A stretch of 64,000 bases of DNA. It comes from a virus. The stretch spans positions 113,319 through 177,318 of IMG/VR virus record IMGVR_UViG_3300028800_000059; one strand, given 5' to 3'. The notes under the pieces are model-generated. The model saw nothing but the letters and a program-made list of their open reading frames with translations, did no database searches and was not told where the DNA came from. Both the position numbers and the translations under genes were made by a program. Within the stretch, counting starts at the first letter, position 1. Each line of letters starts with the position of its first letter. This document shows positions 55,413-64,000 of the stretch, in pieces.

Positions 55413-57383
55413 TTATTCAACAGTTCGAACAGAACCGGCTTCTGTCACACGGATAATATTATCTTCGGTAATTATACTATTTAATACAGTTGTTTCTTTA
55501 TCTAACACAACATTAGTTCGCACATCAATATTGTCTTGAAATCTATATTGTCCCCACATCTTTAAGCCAGCAGGATGTAATAGATTCTTCACGATTTTTG
55601 TGTAACTATCAAATGACTCTTGGGCGCGAATGACATAAGAATATGTTTGGTAATAATCAAAGTTTTCTAAGAACTTTGCGCTCGAAAGAAATCCAGATTG
55701 ATCCAAGAATCTACCTGGATATGTAAACACACCAGCAGACACACTTGCATTAGCCAATGCTGTTCCATCGCCTGATGCTTTCAAATTAATATGTGGAGGA
55801 TCATTGGGAAGAAATCCTTGCCCGGCCTTATCAATACGAATAGTCAAAATAGTTCCTACTGAATCAGTATTGGCAGTAAATTTGGCACCATCACCCAAGA
55901 TAGCATCTACAACAATTTTTCCGCCAGTGCCAGAGACGCTATTAATGGTAATTGTAGGTAAATGATTTTGATCCCAGCCAATACCTCCTACTGGAAATCC
56001 TGATACAGGTATCCAATATACTGAAACTATTCCACCTGCTCCATCAACAGCCGTAACATTCGCCGCAGCACCTGTGCCATAGCCACCAAATACATTATGA
56101 AATACAAGTTTATCTCCTACCAAATAATTGGCGCCATTGGATGCAATTGTCATTTTACCTAGAATACCAATGCCATGAACAATTGTGTTTGAAATGACGC
56201 TAATACTAGGAATGCCTGAGAATCCACTGCCGCCATCATTAAGTTTAGTTTTTAGAACTGGACCTGTTGGTCCATAAGTAAATGTTGTGAAGGCATTAGC
56301 CAATACAGTATTTGCATTGGCATTGGATGGCATTGCAGGAAATCCATATGATGCTGAATTTAAAACTACATTGGCATAAGGGAGAATAATATCTACGGAA
56401 ATTTGATATGTATTAGGATGATAGAAATTATTTGCGCTTACTGTTTGAATATAACCGTTGGCGCCTGAGCCACCACCACCTACAAACAACAATTCATCAT
56501 TGGCAAGAAATCCAGCACCATCATCTGTAGGAATAATATCCAATAGGCCACCGGATGATACAGCGGCAACCGAAGCAATGGCTCCTCCTCCAGTATTACT
56601 TTCAATGCCTACAATATCTCCTACTTTGTAATTATGTCCTCCATATATCAAATGAATAGACGAAAGAATACCAGAGAGAATTTGGGCAGTAAAGACATGC
56701 GGAACATTTGTTATCACATCTGTATAGGCAACAGTTATTGTTTCTCCATTTTCAAAATTGCCATTTATCTGAGAAAGAAATATTTCATTGACTTTGGCGC
56801 CGCCTTCATAATCAATTATAACATTTTCAACAGCAGCAGTAGCCAATGAAGTGTTGCCAGTAATTACGAAACCAACTAATTTATTAAGAGCAATAAGTGA
56901 ATCATCAACAACACCATCAATTACAACGTTATTGATACGTAATGATTTTTGAATGAACCATTTGCCATCTGATACTTTTAATATATCACTGGCTGGATAA
57001 TAGAAATCAATTTCTTCACCAAATAGAATTCGAAACAATAATCTATAAGATTTTTCAGTGCCACGCGCTCTATAAAATTGTTGAACGTGTTTTAAGAGTT
57101 TTGTTTTATCTGCCTGAATATTTGTAGGAATTAAGGCTAGAAATTCTTTATAGAAATGCTGTGAAAAGGCATCAATAGTTTTGTCCACATCCAAATAATC
57201 GAGCATGTTTTTGGCTCGTTCAATTGGTTGTCCTTTATCTATTACTGGTTCATATTGTTCCAAGAATTCATAGTATGCTTCAAGAAAAGCGACAAACGTA
57301 GGATTATCGTCCCTCACAAATTGAGGAACTTGTTTTGATACCAGGGACGAGATTTTTTGAAAGGTTCCGTTAGGAGTGGTCAT
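55413..57383 (-). CDS. gp7: baseplate wedge initiator (gp7-like)
   Basis: ISSLV..QVP.FVRDD.P.FV.FLEAYY..LE; FY..RGTEKSY.LLFRILF; YYQTYSYVI…VK.LLHPAG. Confidence 0.78.
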   Translation of the reverse strand: MTTPNGTFQKISSLVSKQVPQFVRDDNPTFVAFLEAYYEFLEQYEPVIDKGQPIERAKNMLDYLDVDKTIDAFSQHFYKEFLALIPTNIQADKTKLLKHVQQFYRARGTEKSYRLLFRILFGEEIDFYYPASDILKVSDGKWFIQKSLRINNVVIDGVVDDSLIALNKLVGFVITGNTSLATAAVENVIIDYEGGAKVNEIFLSQINGNFENGETITVAYTDVITNVPHVFTAQILSGILSSIHLIYGGHNYKVGDIVGIESNTGGGAIASVAAVSSGGLLDIIPTDDGAGFLANDELLFVGGGGSGANGYIQTVSANNFYHPNTYQISVDIILPYANVVLNSASYGFPAMPSNANANTVLANAFTTFTYGPTGPVLKTKLNDGGSGFSGIPSISVISNTIVHGIGILGKMTIASNGANYLVGDKLVFHNVFGGYGTGAAANVTAVDGAGGIVSVYWIPVSGFPVGGIGWDQNHLPTITINSVSGTGGKIVVDAILGDGAKFTANTDSVGTILTIRIDKAGQGFLPNDPPHINLKASGDGTALANASVSAGVFTYPGRFLDQSGFLSSAKFLENFDYYQTYSYVIRAQESFDSYTKIVKNLLHPAGLKMWGQYRFQDNIDVRTNVVLDKETTVLNSIITEDNIIRVTEAGSVRTVE

Positions 57384-57385
57384 TA

Positions 57386-59458
57386 TTAACTTATTTCAGC
57401 CTGCATATTTACAACAATTGAAGTTGGATCATTAGCATCCAATGTCATAATTCTATTCTGATTAGGACCAATAACAGTTACATCAGGTTTGAAGTTGATT
57501 GTCATTACTCCATCAGGATATGATTCATTCTTCGTAATAGAAATAGGATCGAAGTTTGTCAATGTCACAATACCATTCAAATAATCAACAGTTCCAGCAT
57601 TAGAGTTGATGATGATTTTTTCTCCGGCATTAGAGAAATAGAATGTCTCTAATGTTCCATGTTGCGAGGATAGAATGGCTGTTGCCTGGGCACCAAATCC
57701 ATTTCCGTCCTGACTGATTAAATTGACTTCGCAAATAGTGTAATTGATGCCTGGTGTATCTTGAACAATACTTGAAACTCGGCCATTAACAATAATGGCA
57801 TGACCTGTTGCTCCTGTGCCATCACCAATATACACAACCAATGGAGGTTTAGTATAATTCTGTCCAGGATTTACTACGTCTGTGCTATCAACGCCTGTGA
57901 ATGATTGATTGACTTCATCGATTTGAGCCGTGCGTGTAATTCCCTGTGAGTCTGATATTTGAAATGAAGGGAATGAAAACATCTTATCGGACAATTCTCC
58001 ATGTCTTAATGGCACGCCAAAAGTCAATGCATAATTTTGTGCTACATTCAATGTAGGTTGAAATCTCTTTTGAATGAATACAGACATATTATCTGAAAGA
58101 ATTGATTGTTCTGTTTTGTCAACCTGAGTCTGTAATATTGATTGTCTAAATGTTGATTTGAACATGTTCAAATTTTTAGTGACATAATTTTGAATTGTTG
58201 TCCGTACAAGCGAGGCCAATTGTGTTTGTGAGTTATTAGTCAAATCAGGATTGTAATAGACTGTTGTATTAAACAAGAAATACAAATAATCAGGATCAAT
58301 AATTATTGGGGTGACTGTGACTACTGATTTGTTTGCCACAATATCACTAATGATATTGGCCTTTTCTACGGTTGTGATAGCATATCCATCCTTTGGTTGA
58401 ATAGATATGAAAACTGTTCCAAAGATAGGAGGATCATTTTCTTCTCCACCCCATACATTTATGCTTTGGGCAAATGGATATTTCTTTGTTAATAGTTCAT
58501 TATAATCATCCGTGGTGACGGCACGATTTTGTGTAGTAAATGCCAATGGGGCTCTGAATCTCACCTGTTCAATATCTTCTACTTCAGCACCACCAACCGC
58601 AGGTGAAATAGGTTGAACCGTCACATTTGCAAATGTTCCAATAGGTGTCATTGCCGTGAATGAATTGGCTTGATTGGCTGGATCGCCTGCCGTGGACAAA
58701 TAAGTCAAGTTTACGATGTTCCCATTATCAAGCGCCTTACCAATAAAATCATCACCAAAATAGATATTGTATAATCCTTGGGCATCCGCATCGATCCAAT
58801 AAGACTGTGAATTGCCTGTGATTTGTGTGATATCATCTGCCAATGTAAATATTCGAAGGGATGAATTAGAAATGCTCTGTTGTATGGAAACAACTAATGT
58901 TGTGGTGTCCACATTGGCATTAGGTATTTGAAATGTTTGAGAAGGATTTGTAGAATCAACAACAAATTGTGATGACAATGGAATGCCCTGTGTTAATGCT
59001 GTATTTGCAAACACAAAACTTCCATTGGCTATTGTAGTGGCCAATGTTTCAGTAGTGCAGAATTGATAATTGATTCCTTGAATTGCCTGTGATTGAAAAG
59101 GAGTAAATGCCGGCATAGTCAATGATGTTTGAGTATTGCCAAGTGGAGGCGTAACAATAATATTTGCAAAGGCCACGGCACCCTTTCTGGATGATGCTGT
59201 GTATCCTAATGCCTTGGCTCTTGATAATACGGATGCGCGTAATTGTGCTGAGTCCAAAAATGCTTCGGATGCCACAAAGTTCATATAAACCGCTTGATAG
59301 TGTGTGTTTAAAGCTAGAAGATTGATTAAAACATCCAATCCAGCACCCTGGAAATTATAATCCTTAAATATAGTCTGGTTTTGTAAATAGGTTATCAGGT
59401 TTGTTTTGATGCTATCAAAATCTAGTTCTGTAACTCTAAATGCTGTATTGGCTGTCAT
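57386..59458 (-). CDS. gp6: baseplate wedge protein
   Basis: ELDFDSIKTNL..YL..Q..F.DYNF.G.GL..LI..LA.NTHY; FLDSAQLR; QNRAVT..DY; VWGGEEN.PP.FG.VFISI. Confidence 0.94.
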   Translation of the reverse strand: MTANTAFRVTELDFDSIKTNLITYLQNQTIFKDYNFQGAGLDVLINLLALNTHYQAVYMNFVASEAFLDSAQLRASVLSRAKALGYTASSRKGAVAFANIIVTPPLGNTQTSLTMPAFTPFQSQAIQGINYQFCTTETLATTIANGSFVFANTALTQGIPLSSQFVVDSTNPSQTFQIPNANVDTTTLVVSIQQSISNSSLRIFTLADDITQITGNSQSYWIDADAQGLYNIYFGDDFIGKALDNGNIVNLTYLSTAGDPANQANSFTAMTPIGTFANVTVQPISPAVGGAEVEDIEQVRFRAPLAFTTQNRAVTTDDYNELLTKKYPFAQSINVWGGEENDPPIFGTVFISIQPKDGYAITTVEKANIISDIVANKSVVTVTPIIIDPDYLYFLFNTTVYYNPDLTNNSQTQLASLVRTTIQNYVTKNLNMFKSTFRQSILQTQVDKTEQSILSDNMSVFIQKRFQPTLNVAQNYALTFGVPLRHGELSDKMFSFPSFQISDSQGITRTAQIDEVNQSFTGVDSTDVVNPGQNYTKPPLVVYIGDGTGATGHAIIVNGRVSSIVQDTPGINYTICEVNLISQDGNGFGAQATAILSSQHGTLETFYFSNAGEKIIINSNAGTVDYLNGIVTLTNFDPISITKNESYPDGVMTINFKPDVTVIGPNQNRIMTLDANDPTSIVVNMQAEIS

Positions 59459-59463
59459 TTATT

Positions 59464-59865
59464 TTACCTTGGGCGTTTTAATAGGAATGTGGCGGTAACC
59501 GGTAGAGCCTGATTAACAATAAAGAAATTGATCACTACTGTAAATGCCTTGTCTCCAGGACTCCATGTCACAGTGACTGTTAGTGTGGCAGGATCAACTC
59601 TTGGTTCAAAGTTCTTTATTACATCACTAATTGATCGTTGTAAAAAAGCTGCGGTCAAAGGTGTAGCAGGTTCAAATAATTGTTTCATTACTGATGAACC
59701 AATCTCAGGATGAAATGGACTCTCATAATGATTAGTTTGTACCAAATTCATTACGGCACGAATGATTGCCTGTGTATCCGTCAATGGCTTAATATCGCCT
59801 GTTACAGGCAAGGCAATGAAGTTTAAATCCAAATCAGAATAGCTAGGTGCAATGTTTTGTGGCAT
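59464..59865 (-). CDS. gp25: baseplate wedge / sheath polymerisation initiator
   Basis: YSDLDLNF…GDI…D..AI.RAV.NLV.TN.YE.PF.P.IGS…LFE…I.NFEPRV. Confidence 0.93.
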   Translation of the reverse strand: MPQNIAPSYSDLDLNFIALPVTGDIKPLTDTQAIIRAVMNLVQTNHYESPFHPEIGSSVMKQLFEPATPLTAAFLQRSISDVIKNFEPRVDPATLTVTVTWSPGDKAFTVVINFFIVNQALPVTATFLLKRPR

Positions 59866-59886
59866 GATTTATTATTTAGGGTAATT

Positions 59887-60177
59887 TTATGGTCCGGCAA
59901 ATACATCTGGGCTGCCAGCAGCCACGGACGTGCATCCACTTATTGCATCACCTATTCTTCCAGCACCACGACTATTTACAAATACTGTTGTTGATCCCGT
60001 CTCAATAGGTGCAGCATGGGTCGGACAAGGATCACCTGGTAATAGATGTGGCACATTATCATCGCCTTGTCTTGACCATGGTATACTATTTACTGAAACA
60101 TTCGGTGATCCTTCGGCTCGTACCATTGAACTGCAATGCGGAACGTCCGAATCACCAATTCTAGTTGCTGCTGGCAT
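59887..60177 (-). CDS. PAAR spike-tip protein (gp5.4-like)
   Basis: MPAATRIGD…GSPNVSVN…RQGD…H…GS.TVFVN.RGAGRIGD…GSPDVFAG. Confidence 0.92.
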   Translation of the reverse strand: MPAATRIGDSDVPHCSSMVRAEGSPNVSVNSIPWSRQGDDNVPHLLPGDPCPTHAAPIETGSTTVFVNSRGAGRIGDAISGCTSVAAGSPDVFAGP

Positions 60178-60367
60178 TTTGTTCCTTTTCCAGCAATTCA
60201 TGTAATTTACGATTCAATGTTTCAATGAATAGATGATCCTTGTTACTGTGTGGTGGAGGAGGATAATCAGGACAGAATGTAATGAGTCTATCAAATTGTT
60301 CTGGGATTTCTTCCACCTTATCGAAGCTATGAATTTTATTGCCTATTCTTACCTGAAATATTGCCAT
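60161..60367 (-). CDS. conserved small protein between gp5 and PAAR
   Basis: IPEQFDRLITF.PD.PPPPH…H motif. Confidence 0.65.
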   Translation of the reverse strand: MAIFQVRIGNKIHSFDKVEEIPEQFDRLITFCPDYPPPPHSNKDHLFIETLNRKLHELLEKEQNASSN

Positions 60368-60376
60368 GATTGGTCC

Positions 60377-61405
60377 TTATGGATTTAGATCGATTGGATT
60401 ACCCTTGACAGTCAAGTGACCATCAATTGTTGTTGTTTGATCGCCATTTACTTGTTCGGTCACATTACCTTCAACGGTGCGTTTGAAATTGCCTTTGATT
60501 GTTTCGGTCTTGTTTCCATCCACTAATAGAGTAAGGTCTTTTTGTACGTAAATATTCGCATCGCCTTGAACAGTAATATTCACCTTACCCATAATATACA
60601 CATCTTTGTCGCTCATGATGATTTCATAATCATTCTTTACGACTTTAGTTATTCGTGTGCCATCTTTTTGTATTTCTTCAAAGGTGCCTGATCGATGTGA
60701 TTTGGATAATCTTTCGGCTCCTGGTGTATCATCCATTTCAACTATGTGACCGCTTTCTGTTTCGGTCACGATATTGAATGGATACACGGCAGCATATCCA
60801 GGTGCAGGTTCGGCCCATGTTCCGCTATCGGCAGTAGGCACAGATTTAACCTGATTGTCTTTGCGTGTTTGAACAAATGTTTTGTCTATTGATTCATTGC
60901 GTGCCAATCGTGGCGTCATTGGTTCATTAAGTGTGGATGGATAACGTGGTGCGCTTCCTTGTTCATTAACAACAACGCCTGACCCATCTGTTTTATATGT
61001 GACGGATGCTGGTACTCGTGGACTTGCTTTCAATTCGGCTGCCGTGCGTTGATCTGAGAAACCTATGGCTGTTGGTGGTGTTGTTTCAGGTATACCGAAA
61101 TAAATGCCGGCGATTACAGGATATTGTGAATGTTCTCCATCCATGAAATATCCCCATACCCATTGTCCTTCCTTAGGTGGGACAACAGGTCCATGAGTAC
61201 CATTCACTGGATGGGATGCCAGTGCCCATTGCAAGTCTTTTGTGGGTATCATTTGCAAGTTGGAGGTGTGGATTGCCTGTATTCGAACTTGAACACGCCC
61301 AAGAAAGAGAGGGTCCTTGCGATTCTCAACTACACCTATCCACCAATAGAATCCTGAGAACCCGGCAAAGTTTTGTTCGGAATGTGGATCGTTAGGTTGT
61401 GCCAT
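60377..61405 (-). CDS. gp5: baseplate hub / tail spike without a lysozyme domain
   Basis: WWIGVVENRKDP..LGRVQVRI (OB fold); YPFN.V.ETESGH..E.DDTPGAER…HRSGTFEEI; beta-helix repeats. Confidence 0.92.
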   Translation of the reverse strand: MAQPNDPHSEQNFAGFSGFYWWIGVVENRKDPLFLGRVQVRIQAIHTSNLQMIPTKDLQWALASHPVNGTHGPVVPPKEGQWVWGYFMDGEHSQYPVIAGIYFGIPETTPPTAIGFSDQRTAAELKASPRVPASVTYKTDGSGVVVNEQGSAPRYPSTLNEPMTPRLARNESIDKTFVQTRKDNQVKSVPTADSGTWAEPAPGYAAVYPFNIVTETESGHIVEMDDTPGAERLSKSHRSGTFEEIQKDGTRITKVVKNDYEIIMSDKDVYIMGKVNITVQGDANIYVQKDLTLLVDGNKTETIKGNFKRTVEGNVTEQVNGDQTTTIDGHLTVKGNPIDLNP

Positions 61406-62832
61406 TACATATTCACCAAGTTTTTCACTTTGGCATTGCCTGATGCTGCCGGTATGCCTGTCTTTGTTGTGTCCTTTGTGATATCAAGGATTGTCTCATA
61501 TTTATACTGGTCTATTTTATGACGAACACCAGTGATTAGATAACGTCCTGAATAATATGTGTCCAATATTCTATCACTGGATGTTTCGGCTTCAATTGAT
61601 GGTAGATTGAATTCAATAATTTCTCCAACCTTACGCGCCACATCACCAGGCACTGTAATGATTAGATGCAACCCATTAAGCGAGGCCATTTGACTTTTAC
61701 GTGCCGGCAACCATTTCTCGATATCATCCGGATATATGTCCTTTTGATGGCTCTTGATATAGGCTGATTCAGTTGTTTGGCCCAGCCGTGTAGGCATGAA
61801 GTGAACAAGACTCATTGGTGTTTCATTTGCCGCATCACCCAGTCTATTTTGAATCTTGGCCATCCATGATGTTGATTGCTTGGGTTCCACATGTTTCCAA
61901 TCATTGTATTTGGAGTCATAGTCAAAATTGTTTGTGGTGAATGTTTGGCGTATTGGATCAAACGTCTTTAGATTGGATGCATACATGCCGGATACTATAT
62001 TTTTGAACACATCAAAGTTTTGATCTATTCTAAATTCTTTCACGGCCACGAAATCAACCGGCAGGTCACTAATACGATAGTCCGAAAGACTTTGCACATT
62101 CTTGATTGAGAAATTATAGGTCTGTGCAACAGAGCCTACATCAAATAGACCTTCAACCGTCTTGAAGTGAAATCCATCCCTGTTTTCAAAGGACACATAG
62201 GAGGCACCTGTGTATTTGTGACTCTGGGCTCGCCGTGCCAACCAATTGAGTGTTTGAAATGGGCGAATATATGGAACTACATAATCCTTGGTTCCAGTGG
62301 TTGTTTCAATATTGCTCACATCAAATCTTGTCCCACTGACCTTTAGATAGTTCTGATAGATATCCGTAACAATGTCCGATATGAGTTTGCCCTTGTAACT
62401 CTTGGAGACCAAATACTGATGATTGAGTATTTTCTCCTCCGAACAGAAATGAACCAAATAGGATTCGTTTTTGTCCTGGACCAGGCCACGCTTTGATATC
62501 TTGTGAATACGAAATACACGTTGAATAGGATTGGAGTATGGTTGAGGTTTATCAAAGGTCACAACCAAATATTCAAAGCCGGTGAGTGGCAGATGCATGA
62601 TATGAGAAAGCGAATCATTCAGGACCACGTCGCCTGTCACTACATCACCGACCATTGTTTCATAGATGTTTAGTTCCTCCAGAATAAACCGAATATCCGT
62701 GGTCAATCCTGTTGATGACACGATGACTGCCGATTGCAGGAAATAGTCCTGGGCAAACAACATGCCCTTGGGTTGTTGTGCCGGTAAAGAGAACCCACCG
62801 GCGCTTGTGCCACTACCTGATAGAGCAACCAT
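61405..62832 (-). CDS. baseplate hub protein (gp27-like)
   Basis: position between gp53 and gp5; ELNIYE…G…LPLTGFEY…SEEKI..H…VSKSY.G; Y.SFENRDGFHFK; SGRYLITGVRH. Confidence 0.75.
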   Translation of the reverse strand: MVALSGSGTSAGGFSLPAQQPKGMLFAQDYFLQSAVIVSSTGLTTDIRFILEELNIYETMVGDVVTGDVVLNDSLSHIMHLPLTGFEYLVVTFDKPQPYSNPIQRVFRIHKISKRGLVQDKNESYLVHFCSEEKILNHQYLVSKSYKGKLISDIVTDIYQNYLKVSGTRFDVSNIETTTGTKDYVVPYIRPFQTLNWLARRAQSHKYTGASYVSFENRDGFHFKTVEGLFDVGSVAQTYNFSIKNVQSLSDYRISDLPVDFVAVKEFRIDQNFDVFKNIVSGMYASNLKTFDPIRQTFTTNNFDYDSKYNDWKHVEPKQSTSWMAKIQNRLGDAANETPMSLVHFMPTRLGQTTESAYIKSHQKDIYPDDIEKWLPARKSQMASLNGLHLIITVPGDVARKVGEIIEFNLPSIEAETSSDRILDTYYSGRYLITGVRHKIDQYKYETILDITKDTTKTGIPAASGNAKVKNLVNM

Positions 62833-62840
62833 TTATTCTA

Positions 62841-63482
62841 TTATCTCTTTGGTTGAATAGCCATGAGTGCCACGAATTCCTGTTGAATGCGTGAAATCAA
62901 CTCTGGCCGGATGATCTTGATCTGGCGCTTGGCTTCGTTTAGTTCAAATTCATGCTCATAGTTGGTCACGGCATCTGTTGTTATCTCCATATGAACCGTA
63001 GTGCCATCGACCAGATTAAATGTTTCGACTGTATCCACGGGTGTGTTGGCATAGGTACCGGCATCCAATACAAAGGTCTGATTTGTGACTGTGCCAGTGG
63101 TACTATCCGTGGTTGAAATAGTTTCGGTGTAATGATGTATACCACTCTCGGCATTGGCCAGACTATCATACTTATTAGAGACAAACTTGATGAATGTGCC
63201 ATAGTCCATAGGCCAGTCATAGTTAGGATCGATCATGTCATTGGCCGCCAATATAACCCAGTGTTTCTCTGGGTCGCCATATATCTTGGAGGCTACAATC
63301 TCGGGTGTATCCGAATCCTTTACTGGATACAAATAAAAGTCCAAAGTATTATTCTTGATTGCCTTGAGTAGCGCAATACGTGCCGTTATGTTTGTCAGTA
63401 CCTCATAATCAGGGATTTGATCCTTGCCGCGCTCGCTTGTATCAACCAGTACCTTTGGGAAGAAATTGAAATAGGATGGCAT
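62841..63482 (-). CDS. gp53: baseplate wedge protein
   Basis: YFNFFP…Y.VKDSDTPEIVA.KIYGD…HWVIL.AN…DP.YDWP…NEAKRQIKII; start placed at MPSYF. Confidence 0.92.
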   Translation of the reverse strand: MPSYFNFFPKVLVDTSERGKDQIPDYEVLTNITARIALLKAIKNNTLDFYLYPVKDSDTPEIVASKIYGDPEKHWVILAANDMIDPNYDWPMDYGTFIKFVSNKYDSLANAESGIHHYTETISTTDSTTGTVTNQTFVLDAGTYANTPVDTVETFNLVDGTTVHMEITTDAVTNYEHEFELNEAKRQIKIIRPELISRIQQEFVALMAIQPKR

Positions 63483-63487
63483 TTTCT

Positions 63488-63970
63488 TTATTGCTCCGTC
63501 GGTAACAAACCAGAATAGTATTTCTTTGCATTGGCATTGGATGCCTTGATGTTCGAACTCCAATGTTGAATGGCCGTGAAAGCCGCAGCATCCCGCTTGT
63601 GTGCCTTATAGCGTGGATCATGTAATCCTGTTGCAACCACAGGATGTTTAGGATCGAATTGGCCATGGGTTACATCCAATATTTTATCGTCATGTTCGAC
63701 CCAGCAATGACAATCAAAAGGATCAAATGGAACTGCGCCGGCATCACCATATTTGGAATAACTACCAAGAACAAAATGAGAGTCCTTGCCTTGATTGACT
63801 AGATGATTATGGAGTGCCCAACTTGCCGCACCACATGTCCCAATGCATTCGGTCTTATTACCTGGTCCACCATTATACAGTCTATTATAATGATCCACCG
63901 CCTTGCCTCTAAAGTGTTCAAGGACCTTAGAAGATAAAGCCTCTTTCAAAGATGTTAGGAAGGATCGCAT
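63488..63970 (-). CDS. transglutaminase/papain-like Cys-His-Asp protein with a CTS-like N-terminus
   Basis: GTCGAAS, HCWVE, ILDVT…QF; MRSFLTSLKE start; CTAAATA at 63977-63983. Confidence 0.65.
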   Translation of the reverse strand: MRSFLTSLKEALSSKVLEHFRGKAVDHYNRLYNGGPGNKTECIGTCGAASWALHNHLVNQGKDSHFVLGSYSKYGDAGAVPFDPFDCHCWVEHDDKILDVTHGQFDPKHPVVATGLHDPRYKAHKRDAAAFTAIQHWSSNIKASNANAKKYYSGLLPTEQ

Positions 63971-64000
63971 GTCCATTATTTAGTCCTTATTTCCAATAGA

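Noticed and set aside
60377-61405. Lysozyme domain in gp5
   Set aside because: The protein is only 342 aa and shows no T4-lysozyme catalytic motif.
1-64000. Stop-codon reassignment, introns/inteins in gp17, gp20, gp23 or gp46, and tRNA genes
   Set aside because: Core genes are full-length and uninterrupted in the standard code, and no tRNA T-loop/acceptor pattern was seen by eye. A tRNAscan/Infernal run would be needed to exclude them formally.

Overview
The window is a contiguous segment of a large T4-like myovirus genome of the environmental, cyanophage-like gene-order type. No host can be assigned from the sequence. Almost all genes lie on the minus strand. In gene order from the right end, it carries a baseplate/tail block (gp53, hub, gp5, PAAR, gp25, gp6, gp7-like, gp8, a 2018-aa virion protein, fibre/lectin proteins), then neck, terminase and tail genes (gp13-gp19), head genes (gp20-gp23), gp3, uvsY/uvsW, gp55, gp47/gp46, a peptide deformylase and a putative DNA-modification cluster. 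That cluster contains an amino-methyltransferase, a fold-type-II PLP enzyme and a GNAT-like/2OG-Fe(II) oxygenase fusion. A plus-strand HExxH-vWA gene sits at the left end. The most unusual observations are: (1) an array of head-cluster genes with T4 capsid-targeting-sequence-like N-termini, built from small modules separated by (I/L/V)xE sites and including four DnaJ-type zinc fingers, plus a similarly tagged Cys-His-Asp transglutaminase-like enzyme; (2) an HNH gene flanked by two synonymously recoded copies of the 3' end of its neighbour; (3) a roughly 300-nt hairpin-rich intergenic segment closed by a 12-bp terminal stem; (4) an AUU start codon for gp15; (5) many late promoters placed so close to the ATG that the transcripts look nearly leaderless. 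No tRNA, CRISPR array, intron, intein or stop-codon recoding was seen. All family calls come from motif recognition by eye, with no database search.
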